From: Azolla caroliniana | Lineage: Eukaryota > Plantae > Polypodiophyta | Direction: 5' to 3' | Assembly (NCBI GenBank): GCA_043228905.1 | Contig: JBHGNT010000001.1 | Span: 8,246,001 to 8,310,000 of the forward strand | Length of the DNA stretch: 64,000 nt | In this document: positions 48,891-63,209 of the stretch, in pieces | Layout: every line of letters starts with the position of its first letter | Numbering within the stretch: the stretch's first letter is position 1 | The notes under the pieces: generated by a model | Told to the model about the DNA's origin: nothing | Seen by the model: only the letters and a program-made list of their open reading frames with translations | Databases searched by the model: none | Translations under genes and position numbers: made by a program

Positions 48891-51250
48891 ATGGCGTCCT
48901 TCACCCCTCTGCCTGCCTTCTTCTTGTTCGCCCTCTCCCTCGCCTTCCTTCTCTTCTTCTCCTCCTCCTCCTCCTCTTCCTCCGCCATCGCTACTCCGCA
49001 CCTTGATCATCACCCCTCCCACCCCTTGGGCCTCCTCAGCCTCTTCGACTCCTGGAACGCTAAACATGGCAAGCACTACTCCCCATCCCAGAGCGCAGAG
49101 AAGCTCAAGCGCTTCCATATCTTCAGGGAGAACCTCGTCCGCATCCAGTCTCACAACTCCAAGCCTTCCACCCTTTTCAAGGTTGGACTCAATCGATTCG
49201 CAGACCTGACCAATGCGGAGTTCGTTGAAAGCCGCCGCCTTGGACTCAAGAGAAGACCTCTCACCAGGAAACCATTATCATCATCATCATCATCTGATCA
49301 GGCCAAGGAGATTAAGATTTCTCTTCCAGCTTCGGTCGATTGGAGAAGCCTTGGTGCTGTCACCTCTGTTAAAGACCAGGGAATGTGCGGTATGTGCAAT
49401 TAATTCTGATTCGATTACTCTTTTGGCTTGCTTTTTATTACGTTTTTCCTGCAGCAAGTCTATGCTTCCCATCTCCCCCCCTGTCCTTGAAATATCGAGT
49501 CTTTCTGTTTTTCAATTCACGAATTTCAAGCTCAAATCTATGGAAAGAAGCCCATATAATTAGGATAGGGAAAAAAGAAGCTTCTGATTTATTTGCTGTT
49601 GGGGTAGGGAAAAAGAAGCCCAAATAATTAGGGGAAATGAGAGATTAATTACCGAAAGTCATAGAATTTGATAACCTCTGTTGCTATTAGCCTTATATGC
49701 AGAAGTTCAGGCTTGTACTATCGTGCTTTCTGTTGTTATTCTTGTATCCGAACTAAAAGAAGACCAGATCTAAGAATTTGAAACAAGGGGAAGCCTCCTT
49801 CATCTATTGTATGGGTCGCCTGTTGCACCAAAGCAACAGGGTAGCCATAGATAAGGCTAGGGCTTGAAGTTTTTCGCACTTTTTTTGGCCTGTGAAACCC
49901 TAGATTTTTCTATATATCATAGCGCAGGTATGTATGTTTTCGGCTGAAACCTGCAAATCTAACCTTACTGGCCTTGTTCCGACAAAAAAAAAGTGCATGA
50001 GTAATTCTTTCTGATTGCAGATTTTAGAGGAAGAGATAGATAGGTAGGCAATGAATGGCATCTTCCTCTGAGATGCTAATCTTCTGCCAATGTTGTGTTA
50101 TGTGTCTGAGAGCCATTGCCTTTTTATCTTTGTGTGAAAAGCTACTTGTACCTACATATAATACAGCAGCTCTTTACTTTAAAATTTCCATTGCATTTTC
50201 TTGCCCAACAATGCTAGTCATGAACGAGTCTTTGGTGCTTTCCTTTAATGTGGTACCTTGGGCATGGTGTGTTTGAAGGGAGCTGCTGGGCTTTCTCGGC
50301 CACGGGAGCCATCGAGGGGGCCAATGCGGTGGCCACAGGAAACTTGGTGAGCGTCTCGGAGCAAGAACTCGTGACATGTGATATCGGAGGTGAAAGCGAA
50401 GGATGCAACGGAGGTCTCATGGATGATGCCTTCTCATGGGTCATTGCCAATGGCGGAATCGCATCGGAAGAGACCTACCCCTATGAGAGCTACTTTGGAA
50501 ATGCTGGAGTATGCGACACCAAGCTTGTAAATCTCTCTCATTATCCTACCCTCGCTAATTATTGTGTACTTTATGTTCATTATCCTACCATCGCTTGGTT
50601 TTATATGGCTTAATTATGTTTCTACAAAACAGGAACTAGAAGAAAAGGCGGTGACCATAGATGGATATGCAGATGTTGAGCCATACAATGAAGAGGCTCT
50701 CATGGAAGCTGTAGCAAAACAACCCATCAGTGTCGCCATTGAGGCTTCGGCATGGGATTTCCAGCTCTATGAAGGGGTAAGTAAAAAAAAAAACTTCCTA
50801 CTTCTTACAGGAAAACGTTGAATTATGGTATAATAATCATAGCAATCCAGGATTATTAGAGTTATTAACAATGGCTAATATATATTTGCAGGGAGTGTAC
50901 GACGGTAGTTGCTCAAGTGACCCCCAGGATGTCAACCACGGAGTTCTTGTTGTTGGTTATGGCTCGGAGAATGGTGTGGACTATTGGATTGTGAAGAACT
51001 CTTGGGGAGAATCGTGGGGAGATGGTGGATTTATCAAAATGATACGCAACGGGAGCCAATCGGGAATCTGTGCCATTTACGCAATGTCATCCTATCCTAT
51101 CAAGGTAAACACAGTAGTTGTAGAGATAAATCTATGTTGCTTGAAATGTGTAGTAGTAGTAGAATATAATTTTGATTGTAATCTTTCTTGATGGTCACTT
51201 TTGGTTTTGTGCAGAATGCATCGGATAGTGCTTTGATTGCTGAATCTTAG
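48891..51250 (+). CDS. Papain-family (C1A) cysteine protease, cathepsin-L/RD21-like, no granulin domain; exons 48891-49389, 50279-50526, 50633-50776, 50892-51104, 51215-51250
   Basis: Signal peptide, I29 propeptide with ERFNIN motif ([20 protein letters not shown]) and [17 protein letters not shown], catalytic QGMCGSCWAF, VNHGV and KNSWG. Ends [15 protein letters not shown]. Confidence 0.96.
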
Positions 51251-53471
51251 AGTGGAAAACAAAATATCCTCCTCTGATTTGTATATAAAGGACAATATTG
51301 ATTTGCTTCCATCTCATCTTAGTTTTTGTACATATATTTATGTTCCTATAGCTGCTATCTCCCCATGCAACGATCAATTCACAAAGATATTTTATGTATG
51401 GTTATTTTGATTAATGAATGGATGGAAATTGTATGTAGAAATAGCATTGTGTGATAGTAGAGTAGCCATGCATTGATATTTACCATCAGTTACAAGTTTC
51501 CAAATAATTCCTGCATTTCTTCTTCAGATAAAACGATGCACCCCTAGTTGGGCCCCCCACATTAGTCAATCATGAACATTGATAAACTATCCACACCCTG
51601 CCAAAATATCGTGCTTAATTGTTAATTGAACCACTATTTATGCTTTTTCCTTTAATGGCTGTCATCTTGAAGACGCCTAAATTTGGATAATTACCACTTT
51701 TGTTAGATAATCATGTATTGAGCCAATTTGTTAGACTTTTGCTCTATTATGAAGCCCAAATTGGAACGAGTATCGAGTAGAATATGCAAGCTCACACCTT
51801 TTATTGAATGAATCCATAGATGATGGAGCTGATTTGCAAACTCACATCTTTTGTTCGATCATCAAAATGCAAAACAATTGTTTTGAGTGTGACTTACATT
51901 GTTGAACCAATGATTGTTGTTTCTTGTAGCAAGTAGAGCCCACAATATGGTTTCATGGGATTATTTGATAATCACATTGTGTAAAATTGTCACAATATGC
52001 TTTTAAGTGTTCTATCAAAGATGATTGTTTCTTATGCTAAGCAAAGTCCTACTTTGTATAAACGGGATTGGTAAGTTCAATGATTTGATGAACAAGCAAG
52101 AAGTTTAAAAAGCTCACATTTTTACAGACATTATTGGTTGGAGTGATTTTATGACTAAAAAACATAGCATAGAAGGCAATGATGCATATCATGTTTGAAA
52201 AACATGTTGCATACTTAATATAAATATCATATATATGATTGTATTTTGATAACCATAAATTTGATTATTATGCTAGTTTTTGTTAACAATTAAGTGGATA
52301 AAAGAGTATCTCACAAACAATCAATAATATAGAGTTACAATGGAAAAACATAATATTATGTATTAAGTAGAGCATCTAGGTAGCTACAACACATGGATGA
52401 TATAATGAAGCTATATGCTTGACATGTGAACCTAAGAAACTATAAGGTTGACTCAATGGCTTGAATTGATGAACCAAAACTTAGCTCTCTTAGCAAGGTT
52501 ACTACACTATATTATGTTGCTAACCTCAGCAAGTAACCCGTCTGTTGCACTAATTTCTCAGTCACTCTTGGGTACTAACAAAATTGTATGTCCTCAAACT
52601 TCTCATATTTTAACTTGTGGTTGATCCTCCACTTTATCCAACCAAAATTAACTTAAGAATTATCTCTATCTCCTCATCTTTTGTTTTGATGTAGAAGGCA
52701 ACATCCGCAAGCATATCTTTAAACCACTTTTCATGTTGAATGCATTCACTCATTGAGGGTAGATCCTTAGTGCATATTGTATGCCAAGCAAAGCTTTTTG
52801 CAAACTCAAGATCCTTCGATCAAATTATTGTCTCTCAATGAATAGGAAAATGACTAACTACGTTAAAGAACTCCTAGAGTTTTGTTTGAGAGAAAAAGGT
52901 CACACTTACAAGTCCAATCAAGAGCTATCCTCTACGCTAAAGTCTTTCCAATGATAGGCATATGATATAGATTTGGCACCTTTTCTTTTATGGCACATCA
53001 CTAGGCCACTTGTTGGTTCATCTCTTCTCATATACCGAAGCCCTACATTGTTCGGTTACACAAATTCTAATGTTAAGATTAAATAATGTAACCATGAGGG
53101 CACTTGTGGCACAACTTCAGAGTTTTTTGTAATAACAAGGACGAATGATCGTCGAACCATGCAACATGATTGAACCAACCAATCTTTTTCTCTCCAAGCT
53201 CAACATAAACAAGACAATAAATATCGATTATGTATATGGAGCACCCATGAGGACGGGGTCTTGTTTCTTGCCCTTCTCTCTTAGATGGTGAATATCAAAT
53301 GAACCGTTACGATTCTCGAAAGGGAAGGTCATCGGGCATCTCGTTGAATTCTAAAACAATACTATGGGACGAATACAAAACAAGGGTTTTTTGATGATGA
53401 GTAATAGTTCTGGCGTGTATATGGTTATGGCTCAATTGCGGTGCTTGACAGAACGGACATAATTGATGAAG

Positions 53472-53473
<2 letters not shown>

Positions 53474-53517
<44 letters not shown>
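53474..53517. repeat. (AC)n microsatellite
   Basis: Uninterrupted AC run upstream of MIP3. Other (CT)n/(AT)n/(GT)n tracts lie at 20205-20270, 48805-48850 and 56268-56293. Confidence 0.95.
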
Positions 53518-53522
<5 letters not shown>

Positions 53523-53759
53523 GTATATAAGTGTGTTGAGTTGAGTAGCTCGTGGGTAGCCAGCCAATAAATAAATAAGGTTGGTGATTCAATGCCCAGG
53601 CCAGGCCCACGGGACACGGGAGAGGGGTATTTCTGGAATTTCGAAAACCTACCTTTGCTTCTTGGGAGAAAGGGGGGGTATCTCGCGAAATTTCAGTTCT
53701 TCACTGTAGATCTCCCTCCTCCTCCTTCCATCGCCTCTACCAGCAGCCAGGCAGCAGCG

Positions 53760-56700
53760 ATGGCGAGCATCGACCTGCGCAGATCCTGTGCGGATTGCCT
53801 TTTACAGGTCTGTCGCGTATATCCTCCGTACCCCCATCCAATTCGTGTGTATTTGCGTATCGTATCCTCTTACATGGAGATAGAGAGGTTGTCGATTTGT
53901 TCCATGAGTTGTTGGATACTGATTTTAGATTTGGATTTGGATTTGGATTTTTGGATGGTTGGCATTCCATACTTAGTTGGCCGGAGATTCGCTGAAGGAT
54001 GCACTGCTGTACCTGGACGAGGGAGCTGGGGAAGCATTCCACTTCATGGGGGCTCTTGAGTCTCTTATCATGGCCGGTATGGTGCCCCGAGCTGTCTGCA
54101 GCCTCGAGAATGCGTCTTCCTTGGATGGGGTGGGTGGGTGGAATTCCAACTTGCATACAACATGCGTGTCTGTTATTTCGGTTGTGATTTTTTTCATATG
54201 CTTTGGGCTGTATCATCATCACCATTGTTCTCTTCTCTCTCTTAAAATTGTTGGATGCACATGCATGTGATAATAGGATTGGCATTTTAATCTACCTATC
54301 TAAAGGAGGGAGATTTCAACATGCTTACCCATTCTTAATTTTTTGCGCCCTCCAAATTTCAATATTTTACCCCTGTTTCAATTTAACCTGATTTAGGAAT
54401 TTTTGGATATGATCTACTGCAATTTTTGGATAATTGGTCTTTGTAAAATAACCTGTTCCACTGGCTTTGCATTTCACATTATGCATACTTGATAGAGAAT
54501 CAAGAAATGCTGTCACTTTGTACATTGATATCTCTCGTTGTACCTTGCATACTTGATAGAGAATTAAGAAACGAAGTGGAATATAATGGATAGTTGATAT
54601 ATCAGTTTTGTTACACAGATTAAGATATTAATATAAATTTGTTTATGTTTCTTTCTCACAAACCAACCTCAGAAACGAAGTCCAATCACCACTACTCAAC
54701 TCGTACATATTAGTTATGCATTTCATGCTCATAAATCATCGCCAAAATCATTTCACTGTCAGCATTAATATCACAATCCTGGAGAATTAGGAAACCTAGA
54801 GATATTGTTTTTGTTTCAGCATGGATAACATGAATTCATCTATATTTCTAATCATGATTTGTCTCATAGCCAGATTTTGTGCCTCTAATAGATATTAATC
54901 TCTCTGTCTCTCCCCCCCCCCCCCAAAAGTCATCACCGTTGTTTGTTTTTTCTACACCTCTGAATGTGTTCTCTTGATGGTTTCAGGCAGTACCATTGAA
55001 TGTGGCAAAAATCGAGCCCATTCAGAAGGTTGTCATAATAACAACTCGTCTCTTAAGTGATGCACATCGCTATGTATTAAGATGTTTACGAGTTCACAGC
55101 TTTGTGACCTCATGCACAGTCTTAACATCAATTTCAGAGGTACATTTTCTTAAATTGAGTTTCCATTTATAGGTCCTTGCAGGCACATTTTCTAAACTTC
55201 ATTATACATATTCATGCCCTAATAAATAAGTTGTTGATTTATGAGTCAACTGATTTCAGGAGGCTCATTCGGCACATCCAGATACTCCATTAGGGTCTGA
55301 TGCCTTCATGGAGTATACACGATTACTGTTAGAGGATATCCAAGACCTGGTGCAGCAGCCAAGGTCAGGAACAATGGGATGTGATGATGAGGCAGCATCC
55401 TTAAAACATATTTCTGAAGTGCATGGGCAGATAGAGTCAAAATTTCGAAACTCAAGCGACCATGCAGTTGCAACAACAGAAGAGTTTAAAGCTAATGTAT
55501 TTGTAAACGTGAAGCACTTTCCTATGGTCATGTGTCCTCTTACATCGAGCATTTTTATATTCCCTGCAAAAGCTACATTGGCTAGGGCACCTTTGTCAAA
55601 TAAGGAAGACCAAGCTCTAGGTAATGGTCTTCCACGTATTGATGACGGAAGCAGTGGTGATAATGTGCCAATTGGTGGAACCCTCCTTGCACATTTTCTG
55701 TACAGTCTTTCTGGGCAGGTAAGATTTTTCTTCTATTTTAATTGTCTTTAGGAGAGAGGTGCATCAGCATGGGTGTAGGCCAAGTTAATTATGGGTACAA
55801 AATTTGCTGGACCAACGAATAATGTATGGTGGAAAAGGTAATTAGTACTGGAAATGAATATTCTTTCATAAATGATTGCCTGAAGGGGTGGTGAGACTGA
55901 GTTTGCATGCCTACAAATGCATATCTATGGTGGTTTTTTGTGAGTTGTAGCCAGCTCTATTCAAGTTGTAGATTACCCTGTGTAGCAACAATAGCCGTTA
56001 TTTGCTGGTGAGAAGGGTGATGAGGCAGTAGTCCAGATGGTTGTGGCCTATGTGCATAACACATTGCTATTGCCTGATATTTTTCACGTCCACAAGATAC
56101 TGATTGTGATCTATGAGATGGGGCCTAGCATATGGTGACTTCAATGCTATGGTGTAAACCACCCACCGAGAGAGAAAGAAAGAAAGATATATTAACGTCT
56201 TTTAAGAGGCCAAAATGGCCTATAAGACCAAACAAGAGATTGCATCTTAAGTGTTGTCTCGTCTTTGAGAGAGAGAGAGAGAGAGAGAGAGAGCATATAT
56301 ATATTTTTGTAAAGACAGCTTGGATTAAAGTTCGATGTTTTCACATTGGGTCCTTTATCCCATGAAGTTGGAAAACTGTTCACTGAGCTTTCTGGCATAG
56401 CTGATGTCTCTGGGAGGGCAAGAAAACCTGCAGGGCTTTTGCTTATTGATCGTACTCTGGATCTTATCACACCATGTTGTCATGGTGATTCATTCATGGA
56501 CAGATTTTTTGCTTCAATATCCAGACATAGTGATAACGAGTTGCGGAATGATGGGCTGAATGTACAGCGGAAGTCCCTTGATATCCGAATGATAGACAGA
56601 AAGGAAAGCAAGCAAGATGAGAGTGTACCTATTTTTCCAAGTAAAGATTTTTGTTCCCTGATGTCCAATTTTGAGGATAAACTTCAGGCCCAAAGTATGA

Positions 56701-58574
56701 CAGAAGCTGGTAAAACAAGGGCTAAAGCTGATTTTGAACTTTCAAATGAAACAGATTCCAAGATTTGTACAAGTGGAATCACAATATTTGACTCAGCCAA
56801 AAATCATGAAAGTGGCCGAATAAGTTTGCTTTTTGAGAAACGACTTAAAGAGAGCATACTCAACATTAAGAGGTGGATTCAGGAAGCTCTGCATCGTGAA
56901 AAAATGAATCCTTCTGGACGAAGTAGATTGGGTACAATATCTGTCCAAGAGATTCATTCGTTGGCATCGCAATTATCCCAGAATTTAATTACTGCAGTTA
57001 GACATGCAGATCTTATCCAGATCTCAAAAGCAATGGAGTTGGCCCTAAGTTCTGATTTTGGTTCTAAATGGGAAGCCCTTGCTAGTGCTGAGAAAATATT
57101 ATCATTAAGTGTTGGAGATTCAAGCCAGAGTGTTGCTTTTCAAATTCGTGATCTTGTGCATCAGAGCATTCAAACTGAAGATACTAAGGATGGACATAAC
57201 TTGATTTCTCTCCGGGATGCACTGACTCTATCAATTGTTGGATATGCATTAGCTGGGGAAAGTTTCATGAACTCTGTTTCTGGTGGCCCTTTCTCTTGGG
57301 AAGAAGAAAGGGAGCTTAAACAAGCCTTCATGGATGCAATCCTTCAAGGGCCCAATTCAAGCCTTGGATTTCTTAGTGATTTAGGCAGGTCTCTTTTAAC
57401 TGGGAAAGAACCCGGAGTCGCGGGTAATTCAGATGGGCACCAACCAGATGATGAACAAGATGCAGAAGTTGACTTAGATGAGGGATGGGGTACATGGGGT
57501 GATGAGAATTTAGTAGATAATCTCGATAATGATGGAAATGATATTGCTGGAAAGGAGTATGGGGAGATGCAACTTCAATTGGAAGTACGTGATAGAGTTG
57601 AAGAGATATTTAAACGGCTGCATCGAGTTTCTGTGGCAAGACAATGTCTAGTATTGAAAGACAAGGCGGATGAACACATCAGTTTGAACAGTCCATTAAT
57701 GCAAAGAAGTCTTCTTTATAGAGTGCTGTCTTTGGTATTTGCAAAGGTTGATTTTCCAGGAATGCAGCACCATTCTTCTGCTGTTGGTCGTTTTTTCAAG
57801 AGTGGGCTGGGCAGATTTGGACTACGACAGGTGTGCTTTGAGTTTATGATGATGTCTGTTATGTTGTGTGTACTATTGCTGACATATTCCTTGACAGGCC
57901 AAAACTAAATTAGCTGACAACAAAGTGATATTGATATTCATCATTGGAGGTCTTAATGGTGTAGAGGTTTGTTTCTTATGTCCTCATATTTGTTTTGTGT
58001 ATTTTTTATCATTCCTTTAAGGAAATTCATATCCATTTATTTTCTCTAATCCTGAGTCTGTGTTGTATCCTAAGGACTGATTTCAAAATTTTTAAGGTCA
58101 GTGCATGGCAACAAAATCACATATATCAAATGAGATCCAAAGTCCACATGTTACGATTTGTGTGCATGTGAGATGTGAATGCATGAGTGTGCAGATTTGT
58201 GAATGCTTTAGATTTTACAATAGTTAGATTTTACTGCATTGGTGCAATGCTTTAATAAAAGATGAACCATCATAATTTTCATAAGGTCTAATATGGAGGT
58301 TGTTGTCTTTTTCATATTTCCTTAGATAAGGCAGCGTGTGTTCAGGATTGCAGTTGTAGTTCGTTTTGATTTTATACCACTGTTAATATAGCAGAATAAA
58401 AATTAGTTCATAAAATCCTAATGTTTATCAAAATGATCACAGGTGATTGAAGCTAGGGAAGCACAAGCAGCCTACAAGATGACAGATGGGACTGATGTCC
58501 TAATTGGAGGAACAACATTTTTGACGCCAGATGATGTTTTCGATCTCGTATTTGGATCGCTGACCTGCTCCTGA
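53760..58574 (+). CDS. MIP3: Sec1-family domain protein MIP3 (SCFD2-like); exons 53760-53807, 53977-54129, 54987-55139, 55260-55718, 56319-57830, 57898-57966, 58443-58574
   Basis: LLYLDEGAGEAFHFMG, RAVCSLEN, VVIITTRLLSDAHRYVLRCL, SISE/EAHSAHPDTPLGSDAFMEY, GLLLIDRTLDLITPCCHGDS, GGPFSWEEE, HHSSAVGRFFKSGLGRFGL, IFIIGGLNGVE and GGTTFLTPDD. GT-AG introns stay in frame. Confidence 0.93.
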
Positions 58575-58759
58575 ATCTCTGTGTATTACCCTGGAAAGTT
58601 ATTGCATTACTTACTAACATTGAGTACACTAGAACTTTGTTACTTCTGAGGTTCTATACGAAACTACTAAACCATGCACCCAAGCCACATCCAATCAAAT
58701 TCATCCTTAAAGTGAGTAGTTATCACAAATTTTCTGATTGTTTTTAACTGCATTGTATG

Positions 58760-61700
58760 TGAAAGGGTCAGAAATTATGTCAATAGGTCTGAGGAACACT
58801 GAGGAGTCACTCAAGTATGGGCGCTTTAGGTGCAACAATAGAGCGATGGCTGAAAGATAGAGCGAGAGAGAGAGGCAGGTGGAGGAGCTCACCTTTGGTG
58901 TGAGATCCAAATATTTTAAACTTATGTTTTATATGAGCCATTTAGGGTCGGCCAAGTTCACATTGAACTTGGCCCAAAAATACCGAAAAAGTGATAAGTG
59001 ACTTTTGGCCTTTATAAATAGGCGTATACACATATACACACTATAAGGGGGTTTTTTAGGGCCTTTACCCCAACAACCTCCCACTTAAAGGCATAAATGA
59101 CGCCTTTAAGCTACGTAACTCTCACTATCTCCATCTGTATACATATCTGATGTTGTGCTTTGGGTAAGCACTTGGTGAATACATCTGTAGGGTTCTGTGA
59201 TGTGTGGACCTTTATCAATGTGATAAGGCCATCCTCAAGCAGTTCTCGAATGAAGTGATATCGCACATCAATATGTTTTGTGCGTGCATGAAACATAGCA
59301 TTCTTTGCCAATCAGATGGCACTCTGACTATCACAACCAAGCATAGGCGCATTTTCAGGCAAAGCAAACTCACTGCAAAGATGTGCTAACCATATCGCTT
59401 CTTTGGAAGCCTCAGTGGCTGAAATATATTCAGCCTCGGTAGTGGACAAAGCAACAACCTTTTGATACAGCACCACTTGCAAGTGTGAATACATAGGTGT
59501 GGATTTCTGTGTATCCACATCACCTGCCATGTCAGAGTCACAGAAACCTGTCAACTCTAATGGTTCTTTTCCATAACAAAGGCATTTGTTTTTAGTTCCT
59601 TTTAAGTACCTCATAATGGACTTTACTGCAGTCCAATGTGCCTTTCCCGGATTAGCCATGAATCGGCTTACAATTCCCACTGCATAGGCAATATCAGGTC
59701 GAGTAGCAACCATAACATACATAAGTGAACCACAAGCTGAAGCATAAGGTACACCTTGCATGTCATTGATTGCTTCTTGTGTCTTAGGACAATCTTCCTT
59801 AGAGATTCTATCATATGGCTGTAATGGCACTCCAAGAGGCTTTGCATCAGCCAGACAAAATCTATCCAGCACCTTTTCAATGTATTTTTCCTGAGATAAA
59901 TACAATGTGTGCTGCCCCCTTTGTCTCCTAATTCTTATTCCAAGTACATGTTCAGCTCCCCCAAGGTCTTTCATTGAAAATGCAGATTTCAGCTGCCTTT
60001 TAAGGACATCAACAGTGCATCTTTTCTTGGCAGCAATGAGCATATCATCTACATATAGTACAAAAATGATTGGGCTGCTGTTTTCATCTCTTTTAGAGTA
60101 CAAACAATGATTAGCATGGCTTCTTTTGTACCCATGTTTGAGCATAAAAACATCAAACTTTTTGTACCATTATCTAGAAGCTTGTTTCAGCCCATACAAG
60201 CTTCTTCTATTCAGCTTACATACAAATGTTCCTTTCCAAGAATAACAAAGCCCTCGGGCTGTTTCATGTAAAACTCTTCATCAATGTCACCATGCAAAAA
60301 GGCTGTATGTACATCCATTTGGTCTAATTCCAAATCAAGTGCAGCCAATATAGCAAATAGCACTCGCAAAGTGGTCATTTTTTCCACAGGAGAAAACACA
60401 TCTTGAAAATCTATGCCCTTAGTTTGAGCACATCCTTTATACTTGGGTTTGTCATCAACAGTCTTGATTTTATATACCCATTTTTTAGGAATAGCTTTCC
60501 TTTCTTTGGGCAGTTCAACCAAGTCCCAAGTATTATTTGAATGCAAAGCCTTAATCTCTTCCTGCATAGCAAGCTCCCACTTATTGCTGTGCTTACATGC
60601 CTTTTGCCTCTTTATATATGTACTAATACGAGGGGTCAAATCTGCTCACATTTCATCTAATACGAGTAGAACGTCTCATCCAATGATCCACATTGTTAGG
60701 AAATCATCATTATTAGGCTGCTGTTGATTATTTTCAGCACCATTTTCAGCATTATTATTTGGCTGCATATTCCCCTCAGGATCCTCATCTTGGTGTCCAA
60801 CATCTTCCAGCTCCAAAACCACTAGATCATCAATATTTTCGGTCATCAATATTTCTGGTGCATTCTGAGGGGCAAAACTGGCTCTAATAGGTGGCTGATC
60901 ATGCTGAAATCTAACCCTTTTATGGTCATCTTTTGAGGCACAATTGTTTTGAAGCAGCCTTGCCTCATTGAAAACAACATCCCGGCTGTTTATAACCTTC
61001 TTGAGCTGGGGTATCCAAATCTTGTAACCCATTTCGCCTTCTTCACTATATCCCATGAAGAGGCCCTTAATGGACTTGGCATCAAGTTTGTTTCTCAGCT
61101 CAGGCCTTATATGTACAAAAGACTTGCCAAAGACATGTAAGTGATCATATGAAGCAGGTTTGCCAAACCAAACCTCTTCAGGTATGTCACCTTTTAAAGA
61201 CGTGTGAGGGGATCTATTGCATACATGTACCGCAGTTTTGAGTGCCTCTCCCCAAAATCCATGAGGGAGATCAGCAGTGGACAGCATGCATCTCACCCTC
61301 TCACAAAGTTTCCTATTATATTGTTCAACCACATCATTAGAAGAGGGGCTCTATGGAACAGTAAACTGCCTCTTAATACCCAAAATTTCACAAAATTTCT
61401 TGAATTTAGTAGTTGTATATTCACCACCATTATCTGTACGCAAACACAAATGCAACAAAGGCTTCATCCTTGGATTTAAGCAATTGAACCCAAATTTTCT
61501 AGAGAAATCATCAACAAATAAAATAGAATACATAGCACCACCCCATAGATTTGGTGGGCATGCTACACACATCAGAATGGACAAGATCAAGTACACAAGA
61601 CTTACGAGACACACCAGAGTAAAAGGAACGCTTCACTTGCTTTCCATATTGGCATTCATTACAAAAGTCAACCTTTCGACCTTTAGCATCAAGCTTCTTT

Positions 61701-63209
61701 AGATTACAAAGCCTAGTGAGACCCTTTTGGCTCATATGGCCAAGTCTCTTATGCCATAACTCCATATGGGATATAACATTTCCATGTAAGCAATTAAGAG
61801 TTCCCTTCTTTGTGCCTTTCACAATCAGCATTGAACCTTTTGTCATTTTCCATGATCCTCTCTGAAAGAGAATGCTATAACCATGCATATCCATTTGGCC
61901 CACAGAAAGCATGGTATTCTTGATCCGTGGTACATAATTTACATTATGCAAAACCAACTCATTAGTGCCATTTGTAGAAAAATGCACTGTGCCAATACCC
62001 TCAGTGGAACATGCATGATTGTTTCCAAGGTATACATGGCCATGGTTGCCTGCAGTAAAAGTAGAAAAACACTCCTAGATAGGAGTCACATGAAATGAAG
62101 CACGAATGTCAACTATCCATGTTTGGGCCAATGAATCATTGATAGTCAGCAAAGCATCAATAAGATCATTCTTAATGATGCACATGTCTTGTGAACGAAC
62201 ATTTAGAGAGGCGTCATATGCATAAGTATCATCAGCTGAAAAAAGTAGCACATAAAATATCCTCAACATCCGACAACTCCTCTATGACTACATTAGAAGC
62301 CAAATTGGCCTTCTCTTTGTCCTTTTGGCTGTCTTGTGCATCAGTCTTGTCCTTTTTCTTATCTCCAGAATTCTTCTTTCTTTCAAGTTTTTCTTTGTAA
62401 TAGCGGCAATTAGGTTTCTTGTGGCCTTTCTTGCCACACTGATGTCATTGCTTTTACCTTGGCTGCTCTTTCCCCTTTCCATGCTTTTACTTTTGTTCAT
62501 ATGTGCATAGTTACTTCTTATAGCTGTCCTACTGCTAACCATGTTGGCTGAGCTGGCACCTTCCCCACTTGCTTTTCTCTTGATCTCTTCATTGAGTGTG
62601 GAACCCCTAACACCATCAAAGGTCAAGTTGGGGTTACTAGATAATGAGACTACCAATGTCTCCCATGAGTTAGGCACTGTCCTAAGCAAGAAAATGTCTT
62701 TGAGCTTGTCATCAAAAGGAGCCATTCCTTGCATTCTCTCCCTCCACAAGTTGAAACCTGTTCCCTCAAAATGTCGAATCTCAAAAAGATACTTCACATC
62801 TGAGGAGGAAGACGCCATAGCTGCACAATGAAGAGGTCCAAACACCTTTTCTTTGTTGTACAGCACTTGCACAAAAGTAAGTTCAGAAACCCTAAATCTC
62901 ATCTGATACCAGTTGGAAGGGTCAGAAATGATGTCAATAGGGCTGAGGAACACTCTAGAGTCAACCAACTATGGGCACTTTAGGTGCAACAATAGAGAGA
63001 TGGTTGAAAGATAGAGAGAGAGAGGCAGTTGGAGGAGCTCACCTTTGATGTGAGATCCAAAAGTTTTAAACTTATGTTTTATATGAGCCATTTAGGGTCG
63101 GCCAAGTTCACATTGAATTTGGCCCAAAAGTAACGAAAAATTGATAAGTGACTTTTGGCCTTTATAAATAGGCCTATTAAGGGGGTCATTTAGGGCCTTT
63201 ACCCCAACA
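58760..63209 (-). mobile_element. Full-length degenerate Ty1/copia (Tnt1/Tork-like) LTR retrotransposon
   Basis: LTRs at 62914-63209 (5') and 58760-59075 (3'). PBS TGGTATCAGATGAG (62911-62898) and PPT AAGTGGGAGGT (59086-59076). Gag, LWHKRLGH, HSDVC, RTDNGGEY, QMDVHTAFLHG, YVDDML, STTEAEY and TKHIDVRYH pieces are split by frameshifts and deletions. Confidence 0.96.

Noticed and set aside
48234-49209. Lys/Glu/Arg-rich and Pro/Ser-rich ORFs around the protease start
   Set aside because: Low-complexity (CTT)n/(AG)n leader sequence and alternative frames of the protease first exon.
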